A stretch of DNA of 64,000 bases, from positions 3,038,001 to 3,102,000 of the forward strand of contig MU058213.1 in assembly GCA_013265495.1 (NCBI GenBank), read 5' to 3'. The notes beneath the pieces are model-generated. The model was not told the origin of the DNA. It worked only from the letters and a program-made list of their open reading frames with translations, and made no database searches. This DNA comes from Vicugna vicugna (Eukaryota). This document shows, piece by piece, positions 40,709-53,709 of this stretch. Every line of letters begins with the position of its first letter. The stretch's first letter is position 1. A program made the position numbers and the translations under genes.

Positions 40709-41686
40709 TTATTCCCATTTCACAGACAACTAAACTGCTGCTCGGAGAGGTGAAGTAACTTGCCAGATTTCGTAATGCTAGAAGTAGCGGAGTTAGGATT
40801 GGTATCCACAGCTATTGGATGCCAGGGTCACCAACTGAACCATAGGCTCTACTGGTTCCAAACTTACGCCATATGAGGATTTCCAAAACAGAGAAATCTC
40901 TTTCACTTGCTGCACATGAAAACAAAAACGCTGACGTGAGAGAGATATCAGAGGTCCCTGGCTGTACTTGTCAAAGGCTTTGCCTCTTGTCAGCTCCAGG
41001 CTGTATGCCTGGACCACCCACTGGAAGACACTCCAAATGCCACAGCATTTCAGAGTTCCTCAAGTGTATCAACGTTAAGTATGTTTGTTTTGTTATCTCA
41101 GTACCTGTGGTACAGGTGTCATTTTTTAGTAACTCACAAAGCATCATTTCAAAACAATAAGGCTACTTTTCACAACATCTTGAGACATCAGTCCTCTTGT
41201 GGTGGCCACCCTTCATACACTAGAGGTGGTCTTCGTGAGGGGATTAATCAATCACCTGCCAAATTTTTCCTCCTGCTTTATAAAGTCATGGAAATGCTGA
41301 CAAAATTGTATTTTCTTCAAACTATCGATTTCATCTCCACCACTTAGTAAGGAATCTGACCAAAAATGCTCATTAGAGGTAAAAACTACAAAAGGAAGTT
41401 GTTTTAGCACCTCAGGGAGTCCTGCAGCTGAATTCAGTAACATATTCTCTACATTTATAGAGACTTGAAAACCCATCTCTGTTACTCTGATACGTGTAAA
41501 GGGCTTAGCACAAGCCTAGCATCCAGCAAGTGATACATAAATGTTCAAATACTCTTTTAGTCTCTAAAAATAATATTTTGCTTTTCGTAAAACTTTCTAG
41601 GCAAAAATTTAGTAATCTTAGCTTAAATCCAAGAGGATCAATTGTCCCTCTTTTACCCTCGGAGGCAGTGATATTGCTCCTTCTCT

Positions 41687-41702
41687 CCACGTGGTGGCGC
41701 TA
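41687..41702 (+). promoter_or_regulatory. Candidate CTCF site overlapping a CACGTG E-box
   Basis: CCACGTGGTGGCGCTA is close to the CTCF core CCACNAGGTGGCGC and retains two CpGs in an AT-rich intron. Confidence 0.55.
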
Positions 41703-43899
41703 GTGCAGCAGTACTAGGGAGTCGTATGGCCAAACCTTTGAAAAAAATCCTGGGCAGCTAATTTTGTTATCAATCTGTAAACGACAACTTTATGGCCTTT
41801 TGGAACACCTGCAGAACATCGGTTTTGGTGTGCCTTTAAAAAATAAATCACAAACTTTAAAATTAAAAAACGAGCAAAGGGACAGCTTCAAATCAATGAA
41901 GGAGGCATTTATCAACATTTGCAGTTTTTCACTGAGGTATCTATATCTGGTTCATGCCATAGGTCAGGATCCACATTCAGATGGTATCTTTTGTTTTACT
42001 TCTTTCCAGAAAACTGGAAGATCCTAGATCCCAAGTAGAGGTTGCCAAGAATAAAAGCAGTTCAGGTGATTCTGTCAAATGATTGTAGATATTTGGCTCA
42101 CATGTGGATACAGAAATTATGGAGAAATTTTTCACCAAAGTGAAAATGGAGACTCACTGCTTTTCATAGACTTCTGGATGCTAAGTGAGCAATCATTTAC
42201 AGGAAAGGGTTGGTGTATAAACTGTTCCAACCTGGGAGATTGTGCCCAGTGAAATTCAGAGCCTCTACTGAGTTGTGTGGGGCTTTGGACATCAGTCTTG
42301 CATGTTTAGTTGTACCTCATGTGTGTGGTTTTAAAAACATGCCCAATGACACACCATTAATTTGCTTCTTGTATAAAGGAAGGATGTCATCAAGTTTGCA
42401 GAGAATCAAACTATCAGAGATCAAGCTACTCATACCACATTTCATCTAGTTTAGGTCTATAAGACACTGAGAAGTCTACTGAGCTAAACTACGTGAAATC
42501 CCAGAAATGGCCTGTACTCACTCATTTCACTGATGTTGCACTTGTTCTAGAGAAACTTGATTGGTTTACCAGATGCATTACTTTATTGTGTTACGAAGGG
42601 ACCTAAGAGCTTCATGTTACAATCTAACAAAATTTTATTTAAAAAGAAAAAAAAAAGGAAAGAGAGGTGAATGGATTCTCAGTCTACTTAAGATAAGTTT
42701 TCTGATATTCACTATCATGCATCCAATTCACCCTATTTCTGGCTGCTGCATGAAGTCCTCATTCTTAGATTTACTTGCGCCAGCAGACACATATGTTTCA
42801 TATTTCAAACTGTACCATGTTTTTATTAGGTTTGCCAAGTTTTTCTGAGACATGGTCATTCTTTCCCAAATGCACGTATATTTCAGAAAACCACTTATGA
42901 ACCAACGATCCATTTTTATGAATTGACAAGAGAAGGCAGCACAATAGCAACCAAAAAAATGCAAGTTTATCAGACATGCAAATGATACGAAGATACAAAC
43001 TGGACTGTTTTCTGGCTATTTGCCCATAGATGAACTGACCAATCTAGTCCTGTAGTGAATGTGTAACCAATGAAAAAGTCACAATTATTAAAAATGAATA
43101 AAGATTTCTGGGAAAATAGTTACTAAACATCTATGTCAAACTGGTGAAATGCATGTGAACCGAACTTTTCCATCACACCTTCCCCTCAAACTGCCAAACA
43201 GCCTAAAGAACTATATTTTCTGCTTCCTAAGTCCTAAGAGAAGTCTGTTTCCATCCTTTCCCATTCTTTTCCACTTGTTTCAATTAATTCATCTGCTAAT
43301 TTCGTCTCCTCATTTTCACTCAATTTCAAAACTTTACACTGAGCCCTTCTTATGAAATACTCCCCCGATCGATCGTACGAGCTGGGCACAGAGGAAAGAA
43401 ATTCCCTGTTATTCCCAGACTCCCCGTACAGACAGAAGGCAGGGTCGGCTCTTTGATACCAGGGAGGATGTGGAATCCTGAGAACCAGCACAGAGGAAAC
43501 AAGCCAAGGGCTGGAGAAGCCCAGAGGGGGAGGAATTCAGTCCAGACTGCCCCGCAATGCTATGCTGCAGAGTAGACTTGTTTGATGTTACTAACACACT
43601 TCCCAAAAGCATGGTGTGGGTCCACAGCCTCCATTGCTCCATCACTCACTTCCTCCTCACCCCCTTGCAACACAGCCAGCCCCAGTTTCAACCCTTCAGA
43701 AACCTCCCTGGTATTTGCTCCCTGCCTCCCTCCCTCCCTCCTTCCACCTGCCACACAAGTGCCTCTCAAGGGAGAAGCAGGGCTTATCAGGATGACCAGA
43801 ATCACCTCCACTTCAGAGTCACCTTCCTCAGAGGTTCTCAGTCCCTGCTCACAAGAATCACATGGAGAGCTTTTAAAAGACACCAGTGCCCAGCCCCCA

Positions 43900-44408
43900 C
43901 CGGTGGTGGCTGTGTCATCTGTCAGTCCGCAAGATTGAACAGCATTTCCCAGAATTCCCGTTCCAGCTAGGGTGGACCACAGAGAGATGCAGGGGAGATG
44001 TGGAGGGCGGAAGTGAAGCAGCAGCTGCGTATCTGCTGGCTCATCTCATTGACACAAACCAGCAACCAGACCTGCTGTCTTCCCACCTTCCCCCAGATCC
44101 TCCGGCAGCCTCCCTAACTCCTGGGCCAGGTGTGTGCGTTTAGCCCTGTGACAAAGGGCCCTGGCTCCTGGGGGATGGACACCCACACCACCCAGGTCAG
44201 AAGCCAGAAGAACTGACACCATCAGTCCATCATTATGGGTCCCAGCTGGTTCTTGCTCTCCTCCACTTTAAATCCATCTTCCCCTCTGACTGCCTGCCCT
44301 GTGGACTTCAAGCTTCAGCATCAGACACAAAACAACACTTTACAGAGACTGCCTAATGAGCTCCCAGAAATGCATACAATCAAATCTCTGTAACAAATCC
44401 AGTTATAC
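43900..44408 (+). mobile_element. LTR33-like ERVL LTR interrupted by the ERV1 solo LTR (continues at about 45050-45090)
   Basis: catttcccagaattcccgttcc...ggagggcggaagtgaagcagcagc resembles the recalled LTR33 consensus. Confidence 0.6.
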
Positions 44409-45049
44409 TGTTAGAGCAGGCAGACAGCTAGATATGGGCAGAGAAACGGGGACACAGGCCAAAAGGCAGGAATTGGGCAAAAAAGGAGAGGGGCATGGGG
44501 CCAAACGCAGGAAACCCTACATCATGTAAACAACGGGGGCCCCTCAGCAGACAAAAGCAGGAACCTCTGCGCTGATTAGTGTTCCCACATTTTGGAGTGA
44601 CAAGTGGCCTACAGGCTGACAAAAAAAGGTGGGAAAAGGCAGGAACCTCCAGTGTCTGAATATAACCTTTTGCTCATTATGCCCTCATTACAATAAAATT
44701 AGCCTTGCAGATTAGAAGGACCCATCATGCACCAACACCATGATACTTCAGATCCAGACTAAATAAGGACAAAAATTCCTCCTCCCCTCAGAAAGGTGGA
44801 GATGGGATAAAAATGAGGGACTATGACCCCAAACCCTTCCCTCCCCAGTGAATACTCTGCCCATTCTCTTCTACACTCTGTGTAACCAACTTGCCAAAGA
44901 AACTCAAGGCAGCTGCTCACCTGAGCCTGCCCGCTCACCCCTGAGTGCACTGTCTCATCCCTTAATAAATCCTCACTTTGCTCTCTTAACCTCCAAGTCT
45001 CATCTCTGAATTCTTCTGTGATAAGACAAGAACCTGGTCACCAGTAACG
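44409..45049 (+). mobile_element. Solo LTR, probably ERV1 class, in the last RAB27A intron
   Basis: Starts TGTTAGAG and ends ...AGTAACG (CA mutated to CG). AATAAA near 44964. Flanks ATAC/ATAT suggest a 4-bp TSD. Confidence 0.72.
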
Positions 45050-46447
45050 ATATGTGGGTATGTTTCTTCAACGATCTTGCCTGTTAAACCGCTCCAGATC
45101 AGTGACGTCAGAGGCTCACAGGGGAGGCCCAGACGGGAGTATTTGTCAAAGCTCCCCTGCTTCTAACAGGGTTAAACTCCACCTGCCCCAGAATGAAACC
45201 CTCCACATCCTACTGCAGATCTGTGCCAGCATTAAGCCAGGGTAGCTGAAGGAGTGCATACCTTTCCCCTTCCTCCTGCCCCACCCACCAGCTGGAATTG
45301 AGAAAGATTTAAAATCCTGTTCTGCCCCACCCTACATATTTTCTCTGATTTACTCCTTTTCTTCCCTCCCACAATGACAGCCCCTCCCCACCTGACGGAT
45401 CACAGCAACCTCCCTGTCTCCAGGCTTTCCTCTCTCCATTTCACCCCACCTACCGCAGCCAGACTGACCTGGGAAAATGTTCTTAACATTCCTCCGCGTT
45501 CCAAGGCTTCCTGCCACTTCCTGTCCCCAGGAGGTCAGGTCTACTCTGACCTGGTATTTAAAGCTCCCAGACCCTGGCTCCTTCCCACCTGGCCAGCCTA
45601 CCCTTCCACTCCCTCCCCAGTGTGAACGCTATCCTCGAGTGCCGCCTGCCCTCCATCAGCCCAAGGAAGAACAAAGCGGTGGTCACGTAATGATAAGGGA
45701 AAGGGTCTCTTCCAACCTCCCTGGATCTGCTAACAACGAAGGGCACCAGCCCGTAGCATCCCCGATAGCCAGCTCACCACAGCACCTCTAGCTCCCCTTC
45801 CTTCCACCCTACTAGCTGCCTCCCAGTTACAGTAGGGGTAATCGATTCACATACATTTGCGTTCTCACTATATTAGAGGTGGAAAGAAAGCAAAGCACAA
45901 GTTGCTTTGCAGAGGTGCCTTTGACACTTTAGTGGCGGCTGAGCCCTTCTTTCCTGTCCAGTTAACGCTGCTGCTGCGATCCTATCCCCAGAGCTCAAGG
46001 ACGAAAAGTATTCAGCTGCTTCTCAACCACAAAAACACAGCTTGAACCAAAGGGGATCTTCACACTCCGCTCCCAGCATAGATATTTCAGAGTCAATAAG
46101 ACCTTGGATGCCTGACCCGGCTCTGGAGTTTCCTCACTGAATCTAGAGGATTTCCTTATCCTGGGCATCTCCTACTTGCATCTTGGGAATTTGCCTTCAA
46201 AGCTGTCTTTCTTCAAACACCAAGAGACTGAGAAAACGGCACTGAAGCACTGAGTGAAGGCCCTCACCCAATGCTTTCTCTATCGTTCCCATATCATCTA
46301 ATATTAATACACAAAGTAGGTACGTGACACCTGCCAAGGCCTGCAGCTGAGTGTTTTAATTTTTCAATTTCACCTTTTTTGTTACCTATTCATGTGCTGG
46401 TGTTTGTACTGGAAACATGTTCTGCAGACCCGCCTCAAAAATGCTCA

Positions 46448-46615
<168 letters not shown>

Positions 46616-47010
46616 TTAGATCTGTATGATCAGTGGACAATACACGCAAAAGTGCACTGAAACTGTAAATGGACATACAGATAAAGGAACTGATATAATA
46701 CTTTCAAAGCACCAATAACCTAATCTATAAAACTAAATGGATGGGGCAGAGATGTAACACTACTCTTGTCCTTACACACATATCCCAGCTTATTTGTATC
46801 CGAGGGGAATGGGAGAATTCGCTATCCCTCCAAAAGTGCATACACACACCCACCATGAAGCTGTCTTCTTTATGAAGGCCATTTGAAAAAAACACTTGGA
46901 GGATTTCCTAGAGCTTACAGCTAATCTTACAGCTCTGTTTTTCATATAGTTGCTCTCTACTACAATGACATTTTTAAACAAATTGTCTTTCTATAAACTA
47001 GCCTATTTCT

Positions 47011-47338
47011 TTTTTCTTTCTTTTTTTGGTAAAACACCTTTATTGTGGTATGATTCCTGTACAGCAAACTACACAATATTTCAGGTGTACACTCTGACGA
47101 ATTCTGATAGATGTAAACCATCTCCACAATCAAGACAGCTAACATTTCCATCACTCCCCAAAGGTGCGAATTCCGAATTCCCAGTTTGTCCCTTCCCACC
47201 CCTTTTACCCCCTGGTAACCATAAGTATCTTCTCTACATCCGTCAGTCTGTTTCTGTTTTGTAGTAAGTTCATTTGTGTTCTTTTTTTTAGATTTCACAT
47301 ATAAGCGACATCTTATGGTATTTTTCTTTTTCTTTCTG
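47011..47338 (-). mobile_element. Short L1 3' fragment with 17-bp TSD
   Basis: TSD TAAACTAGCCTATTTCT at 46994-47010 and 47339-47355. Poly-T head. Confidence 0.88.
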
Positions 47339-47717
47339 TAAACTAGCCTATTTCTACCTGAGATGTTTTTGACATTTTCCTATCACCCTAAGGCAGAATC
47401 AACATACCTAACACAAGCAAAGTATAGGATTAAATGAAGAGAGAAAACCCAGAATAAACAATCAATAATTCTGTCACCAAAACCAAGAAGCAGGAGACTA
47501 CCATGCTTACTCCATAGCTTTGTTTTTTCATCTGAAAACCTGTAAATAGGCACAATTTTTAAAAAAATAATTAAATCAAAAGAACTTCAGTGAAGCTAAA
47601 GAGTTTCATCTCCCAAAGAAGGAAAATAAAGTCTTATTTCTTACTCATCACTCCCCAGAATGAAAGTAAAGCAACCCAAACTTTCACAATAAGACACAAT
47701 CCAAAATTTATGGCCTC

Positions 47718-47862
47718 ATTTTTGTTTGTTTGTTGGGGGAGGGGAATGTAATTAAGTTTATTTGTTTGTTTGTTTGTCTGTCTGTCTAATGGAGGTGCCG
47801 GAGATTGAGCCCAGGACCTTGAGCATGCTAAGCATGCACTCTGCCCCTGAGGTATACCCCAC
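47718..47862 (-). mobile_element. Camelid-type tRNA-derived SINE
   Basis: taatggaggtgccggagattgagcccaggaccttgagcatgctaagcatgcactctgcccctgaggtataccc with a (TTTG)n tail. Confidence 0.8.
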
Positions 47863-48299
47863 CCAATTTATTTATCATGGTTAACTAGAAAAGTGTTGAC
47901 ATTTTAGTCCCTCATTACAAAGTCATCTTATCACGAGCAAGTCAAGTCGGCAAGCATTCACTGAGCAATAACATAGGCCTGAAAACTTGCTGTAGAATTT
48001 CAGGGCACTGACCTTTGCCCTCAAGAGAACAGTCAGGGAGTGGGGGTGGGGAGGCCTATATAGAGAAGACCAAACTGCCTATCATTTCCAACAACAGCCA
48101 CATCCTTTCTTTCCTCCAGGCTGCTGCACAAGCTGCCCCCGCACCCCTCAAAACCCAAACACAACCTTCCTCAGGGACTCCCCAAGCTTCCTTTAAGACC
48201 TCCCTCTCAGTTACCTCTACTGTGAAACCTTTCTGGTCTCCAGAGAGGCTCTGTGCTCTGGCAACATTATGTATGTCCAGTGTCATGGTTATGAGCACC

Positions 48300-48700
48300 A
48301 GCTCAGGACCCAGCATGTCTAAGACTGAATCCGGGCTTTGCCACTTACTACCTGTGTGGCCTTGAGGAAGTTACTTGGCCACTCTGTGCCTCAGTTTCCG
48401 CATCTGTAAATGTTGATAATCGTGGTACTTCCCAGAGATGAGGTCAGAATTACATGAGTTAATTCACTGATTCTTCAGATCAGATCCATGGGCCAGCCTC
48501 CTAATCAACACCTGGGAACTTGTTAGAAATGCAGGTTCTCAGGTACCACCCCAGATCTACTGAATCAGGAATGCTGGGTTTGGGGCCCGGAATCTGTATT
48601 TTAACAAGCCCCCGGGTGATCGAGATGCATGCTCACACTTGAGAACCATTAAGTTAATGCAACAAAGCATTTAGAATGGTAATCATCACTGGTAATATCA
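48300..48700. mobile_element. MIR interrupted by MER5A (about 48470-48650)
   Basis: MIR core ctctgtgcctcagtttccgcatctgtaaa, plus MER5A cacctgggaacttgttagaaatgcag...ttgagaacca. Confidence 0.75.
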
Positions 48701-49714
48701 CTTATTATAACCAGTAATAATATTTAATAGTGCTTATTTTGAGTCGTCTGAGAAGTGCGATAATTGATTTTTCCACTCTTTCCTAATTTTTCTATAAAGA
48801 CTGTGAATTACTTATATAAGAAGTAAATTAATAAATTCGTTTCAAAATCTAAGGAAAAAAGCACATACATAAATAACTACAACTCGAGATGGTTATGTGA
48901 TAAGGACCTGAGAAATAGCACAAAATGTGATAGGAGTTAAGAGGATGAAAAAAATTTAATCCAACAAAGATCACAGAAAATTCCATGGGGGTCATGTTTT
49001 GCTAGATATTAAAGAGGAAGCAGAACTCTAATTTTTTAAGAAAATGGGAGTGGGTGTGGGGAGGGCTTTTTAGACAGAGGGAATAAGATAGGAATAAAAA
49101 TAGAAGGGCAAAAATATGTAAAAAGATAGCTGCTGGGCTCATCTACATGTATGTGAGGCTACAGAAGGAAAGTTTGGAAATTCAGGCTCCTTTAGAGTTT
49201 CCATACAAAATGTGCAGCCACTGAGGAAGGACCGCAGGTGTGACTTGCTTATCAAGTTCCAGGAAGACAGGTGAGTGATACGACACCACTTGCTTCCTTT
49301 CAGGTTTCATATTTAGGCCCAGAGGACACAGCTCTCTGTTCAGTCTCCTAAATTAAGCAGGGATCACCTTTGGACTCTGAACCCCTTCCCAAGAAGGGAT
49401 GGAGAGATCTGGAGTCAAGGCAGAAAGGACTATGATGCAGCTCTTGAGTAGCACAGAGAGGGTGCAGACCTGCTCTCCGCTCCCAGACCTTCAGCGCCCA
49501 GGAGTCAGCTACCTGCTTAATGCAACACTGCCTCTGTTCTGCTATGTGCCACTGGGATGTACATTATTTGACCCAAAAACAGACGAAAAGAATGATCCCT
49601 GTAATACTCAAAACACTAACAGGCAGAGGAAAAATAAAGTGTATAGATAATTAACAAATTTTTAGTCCTAATTAAGATTTGATATTACCACCTCTGACAT
49701 TGAACATCACACCT

Positions 49715-49824
49715 GTTTTTTAGGTTTGTTTGTTTATTTATCTATTTAATGAAGATATTGGGGATTGAACCCAGGACCTCATGCATGCTAAGCACACGCT
49801 CTACCACTGAGCTATACCCTCCCC
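49715..49824 (-). mobile_element. Camelid-type tRNA-derived SINE
   Basis: ggggattgaacccaggacctcatgcatgctaagcacacgctctaccactgagctataccctcccc (A and B boxes on the minus strand). Confidence 0.85.
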
Positions 49825-51347
49825 TGAACATCATACCAAAAAAACAAGACAAAACAAAACAAAACAGTGTTGGGGGAGGAGAATACTTTCCACTGAAGAC
49901 ATGAAATATTCCATATGTTTAAGTTTTCTTTACCTAACTGGACAATAAGGATTCTTTCACAATATAAGGAAAACACAATAAAATACATACATATATATAA
50001 TTTCACATGATTTTGTTCTTCAGCTAACTAACTCTAAAGCCCTGATGGACAAGATTTATCTAATGACTCAGAGTTTCGGTTCCTGCCACTGAAAAATAGG
50101 CGGGTTGATGATCTTTCAATGCTACTATTCTATGAGCACATCTCCAGCAACAATCTCTATGAAGTGCTGGACTTAACAAAGCCCCAGAATTTGTTCCGAT
50201 GATACAAAGGAAAGGATGATAAGCAAGGAAGGAGAAGAAGAGACTAGAAATAGCCACTGTGAGGGAAAGAGTGAGGGGTGTGACTCAGCCAGGCACTTAA
50301 AGCGAAGCCCAGTAAGCGTTAACTAAATCGGGGAACCTATATTGAAAGTACTAAATAGCTCATCAACTCTGAGTGATCCACTTAGCTGAGAAAGAGCATA
50401 AAGGGCCAGTGAACTGAGAGCCAAAATCTCCATGTCCTTGGACAAGTCTATTACTCTATAAGGGCCGGCGTCTTCCTCCTAAAATAAGGGCACATCACCC
50501 ACCTGCATCTCCTCACCGGGCGGTCGTGGGGATCAGACACCAAGTATGTGAAAATGCCTTGGAAACCACAATGCACTACATAAATTACTAAAAAGCTCAC
50601 CTTTTTAAAAATAAGGTTTTCTACTTTCAAACACACAGCTCATTACCCTTTCATAATACCAAACGCCGAGATATTTTTAAGTAGTAGGTGTTTTGAAATA
50701 GTGTTTTCATTTTAAAGATTTGGATGTTAAGAACTGAACATCACAGCCCTCCCCTGTAGATTCTCCAAGGTTACACTAATACAACCAAGAGAGGGAAATG
50801 TTTCGTTTGGTCAAGAAGCAGGATTTTAAATGGCTCCTAACCAATCATTTAGAGATCAGGATGTCTCCAAAGAGCCAAAATGGAGGTTCATATATAACAT
50901 GCTGGGGCCACTTTGGGCAATGCAGTTCTAGGGGTTTCTGTGACAAGATCCTCCAGGCAAATGCTCTGGCCCTAAAAATAGATAGTGGGCCTCAAAACAC
51001 AGAAGAGACATGGAGCCAAGGGTAAGATCCATTAAGCTTTCGAAAGGATCAATGTAATATCTGCTTTAAACCCTGGGATGGTACAGGACTTGCTAGCATT
51101 TGTCCAGGCTTCTATTTCCCCATCTGTAAAATGGGGACAAGAGGCCCATCTGTGGAAAAGACTGATTAAGAGATTACACAGGAAGCACTCCTTGCATCTC
51201 GAGTGCATGATGTACAACAAATGAAAGTTAGCATTACTGGGGAAAGCAGAGTATTTCAGTTATCTTTGCTCCAAAACCAAAGGCCTTGTTCCTTCAAACA
51301 GTATTAGGAGGCCCTCCAAAACAGCTTACAGCAGAAATAGAATATCA

Positions 51348-51524
<177 letters not shown>

Positions 51525-53160
51525 TCACCTGAACCACGGCCCCACTCTTGAAATATAAAAATGCCAGCAGTGCCCTCAGCCTCTTAAAATAGTTCATTAG
51601 TAACAAATCAGATGTTTAACAACATGCCACTGTTTGTCGTAAAGTCACATTATAGCACGTTATGCAGGTGTAATTCAGTTACACCCCATTTACTGAATCA
51701 CAATGTTATATCAATAGATGCTTTCAATAGTGTAAAATTATGTACATAATCAATTATATTGGGACTCTTACAAAATATAGTAAATAGGCATCTAGAGCAA
51801 GAAAGAATATTTGAAAACACATCTAGACTTCATAAAATGCCAACAACCATCAAAAGATATACTTTGAAATCATTCTTTTAAGATAAAAATGATCTGTGGA
51901 ATTTTTTTTAAAAATTTCTAACAAATTACATGATAATATTCCAAATGTGTAAAAGACAGTTATTTATCAATTACATAAGTTTATGTGTTAATAGACCATG
52001 TGATTTGAAAACTTAGCCTGCCAGGGATGACAAGAACTAGCTTATGACCCCTTTACCTCAGGCAAGAGTTTATTGTACAATTCAGAGTTATTTAGACCAA
52101 AAGTGGTGGTGCTTGCTGTGTGTGTGTGTTCCTTGTCCTGTGAAAGCTTGGCTCGACGTGACATCACTATGTGTTCCGTGACCTTTTAATTTCAGTCTCT
52201 ATCATTTACCTATGATTTATGACTTCTCCTCTCTGATAACCACTGCTTTGGCTTTAAGGTGGGGGGTGTCTTGACTCAGTCTCTACCCTTTCTTGGGACT
52301 CTCTCTCTACCAAGGTTTTACCCTGCTGTCTCCCCTCTCTCCTTCTAGGAGTCGCTTTTCTCTTCTTTCGCCTTTATGCGAAGTCTGCAACTGACAGGCA
52401 TAGGCTCCAAGGAAGAAAATACTGGTAAGAATTTGTCATCTAACCTGCTATTGTAAGTTTTCTCAAATATTTCTAATCTGTGTTTTTACAAAAAAAGTAC
52501 TTATCTTTCAGAGATACATACCAAAATAGTTATGAGTGAAATAATCTGATATTTGGAATTTGCTTCAAAATAATTGGGGGGTGGGAGCCAGGGGGATTGT
52601 GAGAAGAGGTGAGGTGACTGCTGACACTGGGAAATGGGGACATGAGTTCTCTGTACAGTCCTCTCTACTTCCGTCTATCTTGGAGTTTTCCATAATAGAA
52701 AGTTGAAAAAAAACAAATCAAATCCTTCAAGGAAACAAAGATAACAATGCTGTAGCTAAACTAAAGGTAACTTTAGATGAAGATTCCATGTGACATTTTG
52801 GGGGGGGGTATAATATGACACTTTTATCAAGCAACCTCTGACCATATAAATTCCAACCAGATTTTCTACTATGTTTCAAACATTAGGTAAAAATAACACA
52901 TGCAACTCTACGGCTTTCTCTCTAGCTAACAGCAAAAGTAAATGGAAAAAAATATACAGGTCTGGAAAAGAAAAAGGAAGAAAAGGAAAAAAGTCCATAG
53001 GTGAAAGGGTCCATTTTGAAAAGGATTCATTTTCCCTTTGACCTTGTATGAAAGAAAGAAACCGTTGTCATCTCAGACTGATAAACTTCCTGCTAATTTG
53101 GCAGGATGTCTTATTAAGGTGCAAGTCAACTCATCAGCTGGCCTTTTCCTGCTCAGATCA

Positions 53161-53313
<153 letters not shown>

Positions 53314-53709
53314 CTAAAATGGCAAAATGAAAGAGAGAAAGAGAACATGTGAGACCAGTGAGCTCGTCTCACTTTCCTGTTCAGTACAGCTCCACTAAGC
53401 ACCTAAACTTCTGAAGAAAATCCCAACTGGAATACGACCTTGTCTGTATTTTATTTCAAATAATTGTCTTTGGGTAACATGATAATTTCATTAAAAGATG
53501 TATGCACAACAACAAAAAAAAGCTCTGTTAGGATTTGTCTAGCAGGTTTTCTGATCTGCACCAGAAAGCCCTACAGAAAAAAAAAGATATATGCACATTA
53601 TATATATTTTATAAATATATACAATAATTATAAATATATTACAATATTAAAATTTGTATTAAATACATTGATATATTTGATTTGTATTAAAAAATAATTA
53701 ACTCACCTT

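Noticed and set aside
43557..43970. Overlapping 107-137 aa Ser/Pro-rich ORFs
   Set aside because: C-rich low-complexity and repeat-derived intronic sequence.
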